Source of the DNA: an uncultured Phycisphaerales bacterium
Lineage (GTDB): Bacteria; Planctomycetota; Phycisphaerae; Tepidisphaerales; Tepidisphaeraceae
DNA: 64,000 nt
Assembly (NCBI GenBank): GCA_963783845.1
Contig: CAWAPL010000028.1
Location: 25,498 to 89,497 of the forward strand
Direction of reading: 5' to 3'
The translations under genes were made by a program, and so were the position numbers. Within the stretch, counting starts at the first letter, position 1. The number at the start of each line of letters is the position of its first letter. This document shows positions 1-8,905 of this stretch, one piece after another. The notes under the pieces were generated by a model. It searched no databases and was not told the origin of the DNA. It saw only the letters and a program-made list of their open reading frames with translations.

Positions 1-102
1 CCGAGCACAGCGACGGCGGTGAACCTGTGTTATGCCAAGCCGGCGGCGCGATTGCGCGATGGGGATGAACTGGCGCTGATCCCGCCTGTCAGCGGAGGGT
101 GA
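1..102 (+). CDS. moaD: MoaD/ThiS-family sulfur-carrier protein, C-terminal fragment (5' end outside window)
   Basis: Frame 1 reads ...RDGDELALIPPVSGG followed by TGA at 100-102. The C-terminal Gly-Gly and the position 3 nt upstream of moaE are family hallmarks. Confidence 0.6.
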   Translation, partial: PSTATAVNLCYAKPAARLRDGDELALIPPVSGG

Positions 103-105
103 GGG

Positions 106-549
106 ATGAATCAGAAAGAGGATGTGATCGGCCTGCAATCGGGGCCGCTGGACGTCAACGCGGCGATCGGGGCTGTCAGCGATGGTGACAGCGGGGCGAT
201 TTCAGTATTCCTGGGAACGACGCGGCGGGATGCCGCGGCGGGCCGGGAAGTCGTCGCGTTGGATTACGAAGCGTATGGCGAGATGGCGGAGGCGCAGATG
301 CGCCGGCTGGTGGAAGAAGCTCGCCGGGGCTGGGGGATCAGCCGCATTGTGATGCTTCACCGGATCGGTCGCGTGGATGTCGGGCAGCCTTCGGTGTTGA
401 TCGCCGTTTCTACGCCGCATCGGGCCGAGGCGTTTGAGGCATGCCGGTTTTTGATCGACCGCCTCAAGGCGGAGGTCACGATCTGGAAGAAGGAAATCTG
501 GTCGGATCGAAGCTCAGACTGGGTGGAGGGTCGTGGAGGACAGCCCTGA
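106..549 (+). CDS. moaE: Molybdopterin synthase catalytic subunit MoaE
   Basis: 147 aa ORF with ...AISVFLGTTRRD...LDYEAYGEMA...SVLIAVSTPHRAEAFEACRFLIDRLKAEVTIWKKE, typical MoaE. It follows a MoaD-like GG terminus. Confidence 0.9.
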   Translation: MNQKEDVIGLQSGPLDVNAAIGAVSDGDSGAISVFLGTTRRDAAAGREVVALDYEAYGEMAEAQMRRLVEEARRGWGISRIVMLHRIGRVDVGQPSVLIAVSTPHRAEAFEACRFLIDRLKAEVTIWKKEIWSDRSSDWVEGRGGQP

Positions 550-607
550 GCTAGCGCGGAACCTGGCCGACGATTGACTTTGTCGGCCGCGCCTCTACGC
601 TTCGGGG

Positions 608-1180
608 ATGTTATTTCAGCTCGTGCAGACGGTGTACTGGCTGGCGCTGTCGATGTGGTTTGGCGGCGCGATGTTCATTGGGGTTGCGGTGCAGGCGATC
701 CATCGGACGGTGAGGGAGAACGATCCGACGCTTCCTCACGTCCTGAGCGTCAATCTCGAGGGCCAGCATTCGACGCTGCTGGCGGGGGCCATCGTGGGGA
801 ATCTCATTTCGGCGCTGACCAGGGTGGAAATCGTCTGCGCGGCGGTATTGTTTTTGGCGATTGGATCGCAGTGGTTTCTGATCGATCTATCCGATTCGTG
901 GGACAAGGCATCGGCGTTCGTGCGGTCGGGGCTGTTTCTGGCCGCGACGGCCGTCGTCATTTACGACGGATGGGTGCTTTGGCCAAGGGTCATGAAATCG
1001 CGGCAAATGTACATCGATCACGCGGATGACCCGGAGAAGGCCAATCCGGCGAGCGAACGGCTGGATCGCCTTCAGCGGGACAGCGAAATGCTGCTGATGG
1101 CGCTGGTGTTTCTGCTGCTGGGAATTATTCTATTCAGTGGGAACATCAGCCGTCCCATCACCTTCCACACCGGCGGCTGA
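608..1180 (+). CDS. Integral membrane protein (DUF4149-like, tentative)
   Basis: 190 aa ORF with an ATG start and four hydrophobic helices (YWLALSMWFGGAMFIGVAV, ...LFLAATAVVIY, LLMALVFLLLGIILF). No catalytic motif recognised. Confidence 0.55.
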   Translation: MLFQLVQTVYWLALSMWFGGAMFIGVAVQAIHRTVRENDPTLPHVLSVNLEGQHSTLLAGAIVGNLISALTRVEIVCAAVLFLAIGSQWFLIDLSDSWDKASAFVRSGLFLAATAVVIYDGWVLWPRVMKSRQMYIDHADDPEKANPASERLDRLQRDSEMLLMALVFLLLGIILFSGNISRPITFHTGG

Positions 1181-1189
1181 AAACTGCTT

Positions 1190-1876
1190 ATGGCCAAGAC
1201 ACGGGGCAATACGTTGCAGCAAAGACGCGAGCGGGTGAAGGCGATTTTGCCCATTCTTCAATCCGTCTACCCGGATGCCCGGTGCAGTCTTGATTATCGG
1301 ACGCCGCTGCAACTGCTCGTGGCGACGATTCTTTCGGCCCAGTGCACGGACAAGCGGGTGAACCAGGTGACCAAGGGCCTTTTCAAGAAATACAAGACGG
1401 CCGCGGATTTCGCGAACGCGCCCGCCGGTGAATTGGAGCGGGACATTCAATCGACGGGGTTTTACCGCAACAAGGCCAAGAGCATTCGGGCGATGGCCGC
1501 ATCGCTTCTGGAAAAACATGGCGGGCGGGTTCCGGAGACGATGGAAGAACTGACGGCCCTGGCGGGAGTGGGGCGGAAAACGGCAAACGTCGTTCTAGGA
1601 AACGCATTCGGAAAGAACGTCGGCGTGGTGGTTGATACTCACGTCGCGCGGCTCAGCCAGCGATTGGAACTGACGCGGCAGATGACGCCGGAAAAGATCG
1701 AGGCGGACCTGATGGAAGTGGTGCCCCAGGAACAATGGACGCTTTGGGCGCACCTGATGATTCACCATGGCCGGGCGGTCTGCACGGCGCGGCGACCGGA
1801 ATGTGAGCGGTGCGCGATTATCGAGGAATGTCCGACCGGCCCGGGAATTCTCGCCGAACGCAAGGAAGCGCGTTGA
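1190..1876 (+). CDS. nth: Endonuclease III (DNA glycosylase/AP lyase)
   Basis: LLVATILSAQCTDKRVN, HhH-GPD loop LAGVGRKTANVVL, and a C-terminal 4Fe-4S cluster CTARRPECERCAIIEEC. Confidence 0.93.
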   Translation: MAKTRGNTLQQRRERVKAILPILQSVYPDARCSLDYRTPLQLLVATILSAQCTDKRVNQVTKGLFKKYKTAADFANAPAGELERDIQSTGFYRNKAKSIRAMAASLLEKHGGRVPETMEELTALAGVGRKTANVVLGNAFGKNVGVVVDTHVARLSQRLELTRQMTPEKIEADLMEVVPQEQWTLWAHLMIHHGRAVCTARRPECERCAIIEECPTGPGILAERKEAR

Positions 1877-1926
1877 ATCATTGCCATTACACACCTTGAA
1901 GCGAGAACATCTGGATTGAGGTTGCG

Positions 1927-2614
1927 ATGCGGCTGGCCGAGATCTTTTATTCGATTCAAGGCGAAGGGAAGCTGATGGGCATGCCGTCGGCGTTTGTGCG
2001 CGTCAGCGGATGCAATTTGCGATGCGTTTGGTGCGATACGCCCTACGCAAGCTGGCGGCCGGAGGGGGAGGATGTTCCCGTCGCTGTGATTTTGGAGCGT
2101 GTGGCGAAGTTTCCGGGCCGTCACGTCGTGTTAACCGGCGGCGAGCCGATGATCATGCCGGATCTGGTCGAACTCTGTGGCGCACTGAAGGCACGCGATT
2201 ATCACATCACGATCGAAACGGCCGCAACTGTTTTTGCAGCGGTGACGGTGGATTTGGCGAGCCTGTCGCCCAAACTGTCGAATTCCACGCCGACGCAGCG
2301 GGACGGGGGACGGTTTGCGCGGGCATGAAGAAAACCGGCTGAATGTGGAGGTCATTCAGCGATTCATCGATTTGTCGCCGGATTTTCAGTTGAAGTTTGT
2401 CGTTTGCCGGCCGGCGGATTTGGAGGAGATCCGCGATCTGCTTCGCCTGCTGAAGGGCTGGTCGGCCAGCGACGTGCAATTGATGCCGGAAGGGACGGAC
2501 CGGGAGACGCTGGAGGCACGATCGGCATGGATCAGCGACATCTGCAAGCGGGAGGGATTCCGGTTTTGTCCGCGATTGCAGGTGCTGCTGTATGGCAACC
2601 GGCGAGGCACGTAG
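1927..2614 (+). pseudogene. queE: 7-carboxy-7-deazaguanine synthase QueE, frame-disrupted as sequenced (shift near 2305-2325)
   Basis: ORF 1927..2328 starts MRLAEIFYSIQGEG and carries the radical-SAM CNLRCVWCDTPY motif. ORF 2315..2614 continues ...HEENRLNVEVIQRF...LMPEG...RFCPRLQVLLYGNRRGT in another frame. The junction lies at a G5 run. Confidence 0.85.
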
Positions 2615-2717
2615 GAGCTAAGTCGGCGACAAGCGATTCCGGGACATTGGCGTAACCCGCGGTGCTTCGCACCGCCGCTAAATATGGTTGAACTGTCCCT
2701 GAATCACCGTTCCCTAT

Positions 2718-3146
2718 TCAATCCTCTTCAAGGAGCGACACGGGCTGGCGACCGGCAAATCCGGTTTGAATTTCGTGCCAATAGGCGATGCTTTCCTCGC
2801 CCAGCTTCCAGCAGAGGCAAACATCGTGCCCCCGGTGACGGCCGATGAAATCGACCAGACCCATCTGATAGTCTTTCAGGTCGCAGCCGACCTCGTGCAA
2901 CTCCTCCACGTAGTTCTGAAGGAGTTCGACGATGCGGTCGAGCTGTGTCTGGAAGGCGGGCTGCTCCTTGGGCTTGGCGGCATCAAGGGAGGTTTGCAAC
3001 GAGGTGATCTGATCGTGGGCTTTAACAATGTCGGACACGATGCGGCGCACCAAGGGGAGCGACCGGTTCGCCTCGGCCAGCTTGAATCGCTTGGTGGACC
3101 GAGAGGGGATTACAGATTTAGGCGTGATAAACTGTGGGCCGGCCAT
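2718..3146 (-). CDS. DUF2203-family protein
   Basis: 142 aa ORF: KRFKLAEANRSLPLVRRIVSDIV...HEVGCDLKDYQMGLVDFIGRHRGHDVCLCWKLGEESIAYWHE matches my recollection of DUF2203. Confidence 0.7.
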   Translation of the reverse strand: MAGPQFITPKSVIPSRSTKRFKLAEANRSLPLVRRIVSDIVKAHDQITSLQTSLDAAKPKEQPAFQTQLDRIVELLQNYVEELHEVGCDLKDYQMGLVDFIGRHRGHDVCLCWKLGEESIAYWHEIQTGFAGRQPVSLLEED

Positions 3147-3713
3147 TGAAAAGACTACCTTTCTTCATGCGCCGATTGATCTCTCCCGCCCGTAGGGTTG
3201 GTGGCCCACGTCGGCAATGCAGACACCAGCGATTATGATCGGTCCTTTGCCGGTGTCAACCTGCGAAGCCGGCCGCAATTTGTTTGGCCGCCTGTACGAT
3301 GAGTAAATGGGCAAGGCGTAACGGGCCGTGTGGGGGAGTCCGGTGCGTTCCGTTCAGATGAGCCTCTGCCGACCGATCGGGTCCGATACTTTCCGCCAGC
3401 GGCGGTATATCAACGGATGCCGGGCCAACGCCCCGGTTTCCTGCCGCTTAGGGGGGATATAGCAACGATTGTGCCTGGGGACGTTTTTTACGGCGGGCAA
3501 GGCCTCCGCGAAAGATTTTCTTAAAAAAATCCGCGTTTTTTTTGAAAACACGTCCAAAGCTTGCACCTCCCGGACCCTTTAATAGAGGGACCACAATAAA
3601 TCGAGGCATGGAAGCGCACCGCTCAGCGGCGGGGCGTTTGTCGCGGTCCACCTCCTTACCGCGTCCGCCCCTGCCGCTGTTTTGGACACACACCTTATTT
3701 TCCGGAGTCGTCA

Positions 3714-4076
3714 ATGACGAATCGCATTATTGCCATGGGCCTGCTTGCATTGGCAATCGGCGTCCTGACCCTGGCGTCGGCTTGTGCATCCCTGGAGACG
3801 CCGAACAACCCGACTACCCAGACGTTGGGCAGCGTCAGCGAGGCGGCGAGCGAAGTGGCGCCCGTAGTCGCGGCGACTGTTCCGGCGCCGTGGGGCCAGG
3901 TTCTTGCGGGAGTCCTGGGCGCAGTGGGCGTCATTGCCGGGATTGTTGCCCATAGCATGACTTCCAAAGTCAGCGCTCAGCAGGCGGTTGGGGCGGTGAC
4001 GACGGGATTGCAGGCGGCCTCCCAATCGTTGGGATTGGCATCCTCCAGTCCGCAGAACTCGGCGGCGGGAAAATGA
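3714..4076 (+). CDS. Lipoprotein with an internal transmembrane helix (first gene of the phage-like block)
   Basis: MTNRIIAMGLLALAIGVLTLASAC has a lipobox (ASAC). Later there is a hydrophobic helix WGQVLAGVLGAVGVIAGIVA. ATG start. Confidence 0.55.
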   Translation: MTNRIIAMGLLALAIGVLTLASACASLETPNNPTTQTLGSVSEAASEVAPVVAATVPAPWGQVLAGVLGAVGVIAGIVAHSMTSKVSAQQAVGAVTTGLQAASQSLGLASSSPQNSAAGK

Positions 4077-4119
4077 AATCGCCGCGGGTTCTCGACTCTT
4101 TAGCTGGGGATTACGATTT

Positions 4120-4407
4120 ATGCCGCCACCCAGTCACCATGCGGCGGAAGGGCGAGCCCTCCGCGAGGATGGTCCTCCATCCAATGACGGTTCCTGGGAT
4201 GAGTACCGGATCCACGTCATCAATAGCCTCAATCGGATCGACAATACCCTCGACAGATTGTGGCAGGCACTTTCGGAAGTGAAAAAGGACGTGACGGTCC
4301 TGAAGATAAAACTGGCCGTCTGGAGCGCGGCATTCGGGTTTGTGGGGGCGTCGATTCCGATCGTCGTGGACGCGATGATCCGGTGGATAGAGGTAACGGG
4401 AAAATGA
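4120..4407 (+). CDS. Small protein with a C-terminal TM helix (holin-like, tentative)
   Basis: 95 aa ORF with a coiled segment (LNRIDNTLDRLWQALSEVKKDVTVLKIKL) followed by a TM helix AVWSAAFGFVGASIPIVV. The start is uncertain because a repeated hairpin lies within the first 45 nt. Confidence 0.45.
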   Translation: MPPPSHHAAEGRALREDGPPSNDGSWDEYRIHVINSLNRIDNTLDRLWQALSEVKKDVTVLKIKLAVWSAAFGFVGASIPIVVDAMIRWIEVTGK

Positions 4408-4487
4408 CTCGAGAAAATGGTGAATGCATGAATCCTGTCGTCCGGCGGATGGACAAACCCTCCGCGCGGAAGGGCGAGCCCTCCGCA

Positions 4488-6299
4488 ATGCCGCGGTTCC
4501 TGCTGACGATCATTGCGATTTCACTCGTCGCGCGTGCCCTGGCGCAAACGTACATCATCCAAAGCAACGTTACCGACAGCAATGGAAACGTTGTGGCAAC
4601 GGCCACCACGCGTTTTACGGCCTCCGTGGCGGGCACGACGCAACCCGCTGCGCCTCCGGCAACACAGTTAACCCCCGGTGAATCACCGGGAGCTAAATTG
4701 TTGGCGACGATGCCGGGGCAGACGTATGCCTCTGACGGCTGGCTGGCGAGCTTCCCGAAGGATGGCAATGGATTCGTCGATCTGACGTCATATATCCCGG
4801 CCAATGCCTGCATTATCTCCACCGCACAAACGCCGGGTCATTTGGCGAGCGATTACGGCGATTTCACCAGCGCGCAGAACGCAGCCGTGGCTAACGGCTC
4901 GATCTGCATCCTGTTCCGGGATGGGGGGGTCTACTCGGCTTCAGTCGTGGACAACAACGTCTGCGGCGCGACGGGAGCGGCGGCACATCCGTTCATCATC
5001 AGCCGCATTGGAGAAAAGGGGTTTCTCGACCACTCGCTGCCCCGGCCGGTGCTCCTGAACGGCATCGGCATCGCCGGCGCTCCCAATGGCACGCACGCCT
5101 GGGGCGCGCCGATTCACTACGTCATCATGGATGGCCTGGACTTTTACGCCGACCAGCGCGATCCCTCCTCGCCGACATACAACAAAGGCAACACCAGCCA
5201 AACGGGCTGCATCACCATGGTCGATCAATCATGGGGGGGCGCCAGCGATCACATCCTCATCGAAGATTGCCGCGGGCGATTCTTCCAAAAGATGATCGAC
5301 ATAGAGAGCGCCCAGTCCTATGTGATGAACACCGTGATCGTGCGGCGTTGCGTTTGCGCGTTCAATTACGGTGTCTTCTTCGGCTGCTACGATTACCACG
5401 TTCACGACCTTCTGGTGGTTGACAGCCTGTTCGACAACAACGGGTGGAACGCGACCGCCGCTCCCAAGAACGATCCCCAGGGCCGCGAACACGACTGGTA
5501 CACGGCGATCAACCCGGCGTCGGAGACAACCGATCCGCAGCATCGCTACGTCAACGATCTGTTCGCCCGCGCCGACTCCGAGGGGCTCGAGGGTGATGCC
5601 GGAGGATTATGCGATTCGTGCCTGTTCCTGGCCAACCCGATCGCGGGCTACCTAGGCGTCTACCAGTCTCTTTTCAACAACGTGGTGGTGGATGGCGGAG
5701 GAGGAGAATTCGATAATGGAGTGGCCGGCTCCGCTCTGTCCCTCGTGCCCGGAAACGCCGGGGCCTCGCGAGGGTGGGGAGTCTTCCTGGATTGCTGCCC
5801 GACCGGCAGTATGACCAACGTCACCGTCATCAACAAGGCCAACGACACCATCAACAGCGGGTTTGCCGTTGGCGTTCATGTCCAGGACCCGGCTAAGCAG
5901 CTCGTGACCCTGGCGACGGCGGCCACGCTGAGCGGTGTGATGGTCCACAACTGGTTCGAGTGGAGTTCGACGCCGGGCGTAAGCGGGCCGAACGCGGTTG
6001 ACCTCGATCCGCCGCCCGCCGCGACGATCACATGTTCCGGCTGTTATTTGCCGGGCGTCATGGGGGTGGCCGGCGTGACCGGGACCGTCCCGAATTATGT
6101 TGACCCGACGCGCACGGCGAGCAGCTATGCAAAGACTCTCGGAATTCCGGGACTGACCGATGGCCCCAGCTTGCTCATTGCGATGGAGAATCAGTGGAGC
6201 GGCAACTGGAACGAGAATCTTGATCCGGCGGCTGCGGTGAGTTGGATCCAGGCGGGATTTCAGGCGCCGCAGATCCCGATTACATCGGGGAACCAATAA
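4488..6299 (+). CDS. Right-handed beta-helix (pectate-lyase-like) tailspike/fibre protein
   Basis: Part of ORF 4260..6299. ATG 4488 gives MPRFLLTIIAISLVARALAQ (an alternative ATG is at 4428). The central region has beta-helix-type repeats (ILIEDCRGRFF..., VIVRRCVCAFNYG..., LLVVDSLFDNNGWN). Its stop overlaps the next ATG (TAATG). Confidence 0.65.
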   Translation: MPRFLLTIIAISLVARALAQTYIIQSNVTDSNGNVVATATTRFTASVAGTTQPAAPPATQLTPGESPGAKLLATMPGQTYASDGWLASFPKDGNGFVDLTSYIPANACIISTAQTPGHLASDYGDFTSAQNAAVANGSICILFRDGGVYSASVVDNNVCGATGAAAHPFIISRIGEKGFLDHSLPRPVLLNGIGIAGAPNGTHAWGAPIHYVIMDGLDFYADQRDPSSPTYNKGNTSQTGCITMVDQSWGGASDHILIEDCRGRFFQKMIDIESAQSYVMNTVIVRRCVCAFNYGVFFGCYDYHVHDLLVVDSLFDNNGWNATAAPKNDPQGREHDWYTAINPASETTDPQHRYVNDLFARADSEGLEGDAGGLCDSCLFLANPIAGYLGVYQSLFNNVVVDGGGGEFDNGVAGSALSLVPGNAGASRGWGVFLDCCPTGSMTNVTVINKANDTINSGFAVGVHVQDPAKQLVTLATAATLSGVMVHNWFEWSSTPGVSGPNAVDLDPPPAATITCSGCYLPGVMGVAGVTGTVPNYVDPTRTASSYAKTLGIPGLTDGPSLLIAMENQWSGNWNENLDPAAAVSWIQAGFQAPQIPITSGNQ

Positions 6300-8275
6300 T
6301 GTTGGGTGGATACATCGGCAATTTCATTCCGGTCGGCGGCCCGATCAACGATCTGTCCGGCAATACCCGGATTCAGATCGTCAATTCCAGCTCGAATCGG
6401 GCGCTGAACTTCCTCGACGACCTCGGCAACGTCGTGGCGAGGGTGGATGAAGAAGGACTCACCATAGGGGGCGAGTTTTCCCTTGCCGCCTATGCCGGGA
6501 TGAACATTGATGGCGTTGGCGATCTCTACGGGGATGGCGCCGGAAATCTCACGGTTGACAGCACGACCTTTCTGCTCAATGCAACGGCGGCGGGAAGCTC
6601 GGGGACAATCGATGGGGCGGAGATCTTTTCAACCCTCTCGCTTTCAGGATCGGTCACGGCAATTGGAACGGTGCTCGGCGCATCTTTCTACGGCAGCACC
6701 ACCGGCAAAAAATACCTCGCATCGTTTCGTGGCGGATTCGGCGGCCCTGATTACAGTTTCGTGGATGCCACCGGGAATTTCGTCAAATCAACTTTCACCG
6801 CCGCCCAGGCGATCTACGTGGACGGGACCAACGGCAACGATACCTGGGGCAATGGAACGGACATCGGGCCATACCGAACGATAACCCATGCGCTCTCGAT
6901 GGCGACCTCAGGGCAATGCGTCGTCGTCGGTCCGGGAAATTACAACGTTACCCAGGTCGTTTGCCCCAACGGCGTGAGCCTCGTCGGATCGGGGATGGAT
7001 ATTACGACGTTGACCTGCACGGGCTTCAACGGTCAAGGTCCATGCGTCATTGTCGGAACGGGGACGGTCGTTTCCGATTTGACCATCAATTCGGCGACCG
7101 GCCAAAACATTCCTCCCATCGGATTTCAGGCGTCAGCCCTCAGCGGAAGCACGCAGACTTCGACTCTGTTTTATCTTAGGAGGATTCGCGCGATCGGAAA
7201 CGTTGACGGCCTTTACCTAAGCTATGGAGCGTCGGCCGTCGGTTCAACGACCTACACCTGCGAAGACTGCTGGATCACGTCGTTCTACGATACCGTGCAG
7301 CACGTTGTGAATGCAGGGGGTTCTTTCAACTTTACATTTCTGCGCTGTCATCTCCTGCCCGTGTATAACGGCACGTCCGGCACGCTTAGATGCCTGACGG
7401 GAGGCGGCATGGGGAATATCAGCGGCTATTGCGAGGATACAGAATTCAAAGTCACCGATGCGTCAAGCGCCCCCAACAATGGAGTGTTCATTCAAATGTA
7501 CGGCACCGAGGTGAAGGGTTGCCGATTCGTGCAGAATACCCCAAATCTGTCGCAAGCCTTTATATCCCCGAACGCGACGCAGGTGGACGAGGGCAATACG
7601 TTCGTCGCGATTCTTTCCGGCGGCATCTCCGTCTCCGAGGTCCCTCAAAGCGCATCCAGTCCGGCGATTGCCTCCAGCGCCGTGACTCCGGCCCTCGCGA
7701 AATTCAATGAAGTCGCCGTTGATGCCGCCACGCTTAGTTCGAACACGTTGACGATCAATGCACCGTCCTGGAATCCGATCTATAATCCGGTCATCGATCT
7801 GACGGAGATCACGCTTCGAATTAAAAATAGTAACGCGGCCTCCACGGCGATGACGTTGGCGCTCGCTTCCGCATACGATGCCGGCGGTTGGCTGATCCCG
7901 TCCATTGCGCCTGGAGCAAGCCTCTATCTGACCTTTCGATACGACGCGGGCGACTCGCAATGGGATCTGGCCCGATGCTCGCCCGGAGTTCCCTGCCTGC
8001 CGCTGTCCGGCGGGACGATGAGCGGGGCCTTAAACTTAAACGCCAACAGCATCAATCTTGATGCGTTCAGCTCTATACGGGGCAACGGCGAAGGGTATGT
8101 CAATATTTCGGGATCCACAGTCGAGATCGATGGACTCGTCCAGGAACTGTTCATTCTGGATCCCCTTTCAGCCGCCGTGCCAACTATTGTCAAAGGCGCT
8201 GCGGCGGGAAGTGGCACCGGAAGTGGCTGCCGGCCGCAACTTTGGTCTCAGCGTTCGACAATTTCGGAAAGATAA
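6299..8275 (+). CDS. Second beta-helix tail fibre/tailspike protein
   Basis: ATG 6299 overlaps the upstream stop. YVDGTNGNDTWGNGTDIGPYRTITHALSMATSGQCVVVGPGNY is the usual N-cap of pectate-lyase-fold proteins. Repeated turns follow, ending in a Gly/Ser-rich stretch. Confidence 0.65.
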   Translation: MLGGYIGNFIPVGGPINDLSGNTRIQIVNSSSNRALNFLDDLGNVVARVDEEGLTIGGEFSLAAYAGMNIDGVGDLYGDGAGNLTVDSTTFLLNATAAGSSGTIDGAEIFSTLSLSGSVTAIGTVLGASFYGSTTGKKYLASFRGGFGGPDYSFVDATGNFVKSTFTAAQAIYVDGTNGNDTWGNGTDIGPYRTITHALSMATSGQCVVVGPGNYNVTQVVCPNGVSLVGSGMDITTLTCTGFNGQGPCVIVGTGTVVSDLTINSATGQNIPPIGFQASALSGSTQTSTLFYLRRIRAIGNVDGLYLSYGASAVGSTTYTCEDCWITSFYDTVQHVVNAGGSFNFTFLRCHLLPVYNGTSGTLRCLTGGGMGNISGYCEDTEFKVTDASSAPNNGVFIQMYGTEVKGCRFVQNTPNLSQAFISPNATQVDEGNTFVAILSGGISVSEVPQSASSPAIASSAVTPALAKFNEVAVDAATLSSNTLTINAPSWNPIYNPVIDLTEITLRIKNSNAASTAMTLALASAYDAGGWLIPSIAPGASLYLTFRYDAGDSQWDLARCSPGVPCLPLSGGTMSGALNLNANSINLDAFSSIRGNGEGYVNISGSTVEIDGLVQELFILDPLSAAVPTIVKGAAAGSGTGSGCRPQLWSQRSTISER

Positions 8276-8520
8276 CGATAAAAACAGGGTCCACTTCTTC
8301 CACCACGGGAGTGATCGCGACCATCACCTACGGGGTCGGATTTTCCTCGGGCTCCAACGTTGTGATCTCGCCCGCCAACGCGGCGGCGGCGGCATTGAGC
8401 GGCGCGGATTCACCGTATATCAGCAGCAGCGGTCCCTCTAACTTCGTTCTTTCCAGCGGGACGACTGCCCTGGCTCCCAGCACAGCGTACCAGTGGAATT
8501 ACATCGCTTTAGGAGATTGA
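8242..8520 (+). CDS. Small beta-rich protein, or a frameshifted C-terminal domain of the 6299 fibre
   Basis: 92 aa ORF with a TTG start that overlaps the fibre stop by 34 nt: FGKITIKTGSTSSTTGVIATITYGVGFSS...YQWNYIALGD. It reads like a fibre tip domain. Confidence 0.4.
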   Translation: MVSAFDNFGKITIKTGSTSSTTGVIATITYGVGFSSGSNVVISPANAAAAALSGADSPYISSSGPSNFVLSSGTTALAPSTAYQWNYIALGD

Positions 8521-8522
8521 GC

Positions 8523-8849
8523 ATGATCAACATTTCACCCCCACCCATCGATCCGAACGCCCAGGCGGCCGCTAATTTGTGGCAGCAGGTCTGCAATCGG
8601 TACACGCGATTGCAAAGCCTGCTCAACGTGGGAGCAAATTTCGTGTGGGCCAATCCAAGCGGTCTCACTCCGCAGCAGGCGGTTGCGTACCTGGGAACCA
8701 ATGCAGCCGCGGTATTTCAACTTTCCGGCCTACTTTGCGGATTGATCGGAACGATTTCTGGAACGACTCCGAGTCCCATGCCGCCAGGATGGGCTTTTAC
8801 CGCCAACGCCGACGGCACAGTGACATTGACCCCGCCGGCAACAAATTAG
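8523..8849 (+). CDS. Phage-block hypothetical protein
   Basis: ATG 8523 lies 3 nt after the upstream stop. MINISPPPIDPNAQAAANLWQQVCNRYTRLQSLL... (108 aa) with normal coding composition. Confidence 0.5.
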   Translation: MINISPPPIDPNAQAAANLWQQVCNRYTRLQSLLNVGANFVWANPSGLTPQQAVAYLGTNAAAVFQLSGLLCGLIGTISGTTPSPMPPGWAFTANADGTVTLTPPATN

Positions 8850-8905
8850 CCCCCGGACTTCGGCGAGCTCAGTCGAGCCGTGATTCACCGGGGGTTGGAA
8901 TTAAG

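Noticed and set aside
3150-3713. Possible tRNA/tmRNA attachment site or small RNA at the left edge of the phage-like block (GGGGGGATATAGC..., ...GGTCCACCTCC, A7-TCCGCG-T8)
   Set aside because: I could not fold any segment into a tRNA or tmRNA 3' domain (no T-loop, no CCA-proximal acceptor pairing). I could not find a matching direct repeat near 26.1 kb or 29.1 kb by eye. The tract is only noted as AT-rich boundary sequence.
4260-4487. N-terminal 76 codons of ORF 4260..6299 as part of the fibre protein
   Set aside because: This stretch overlaps the 4120..4407 gene in another frame, reads as Arg/Gly-rich filler, and contains the repeated hairpin. A signal-like start at ATG 4488 (or 4428) is more plausible.
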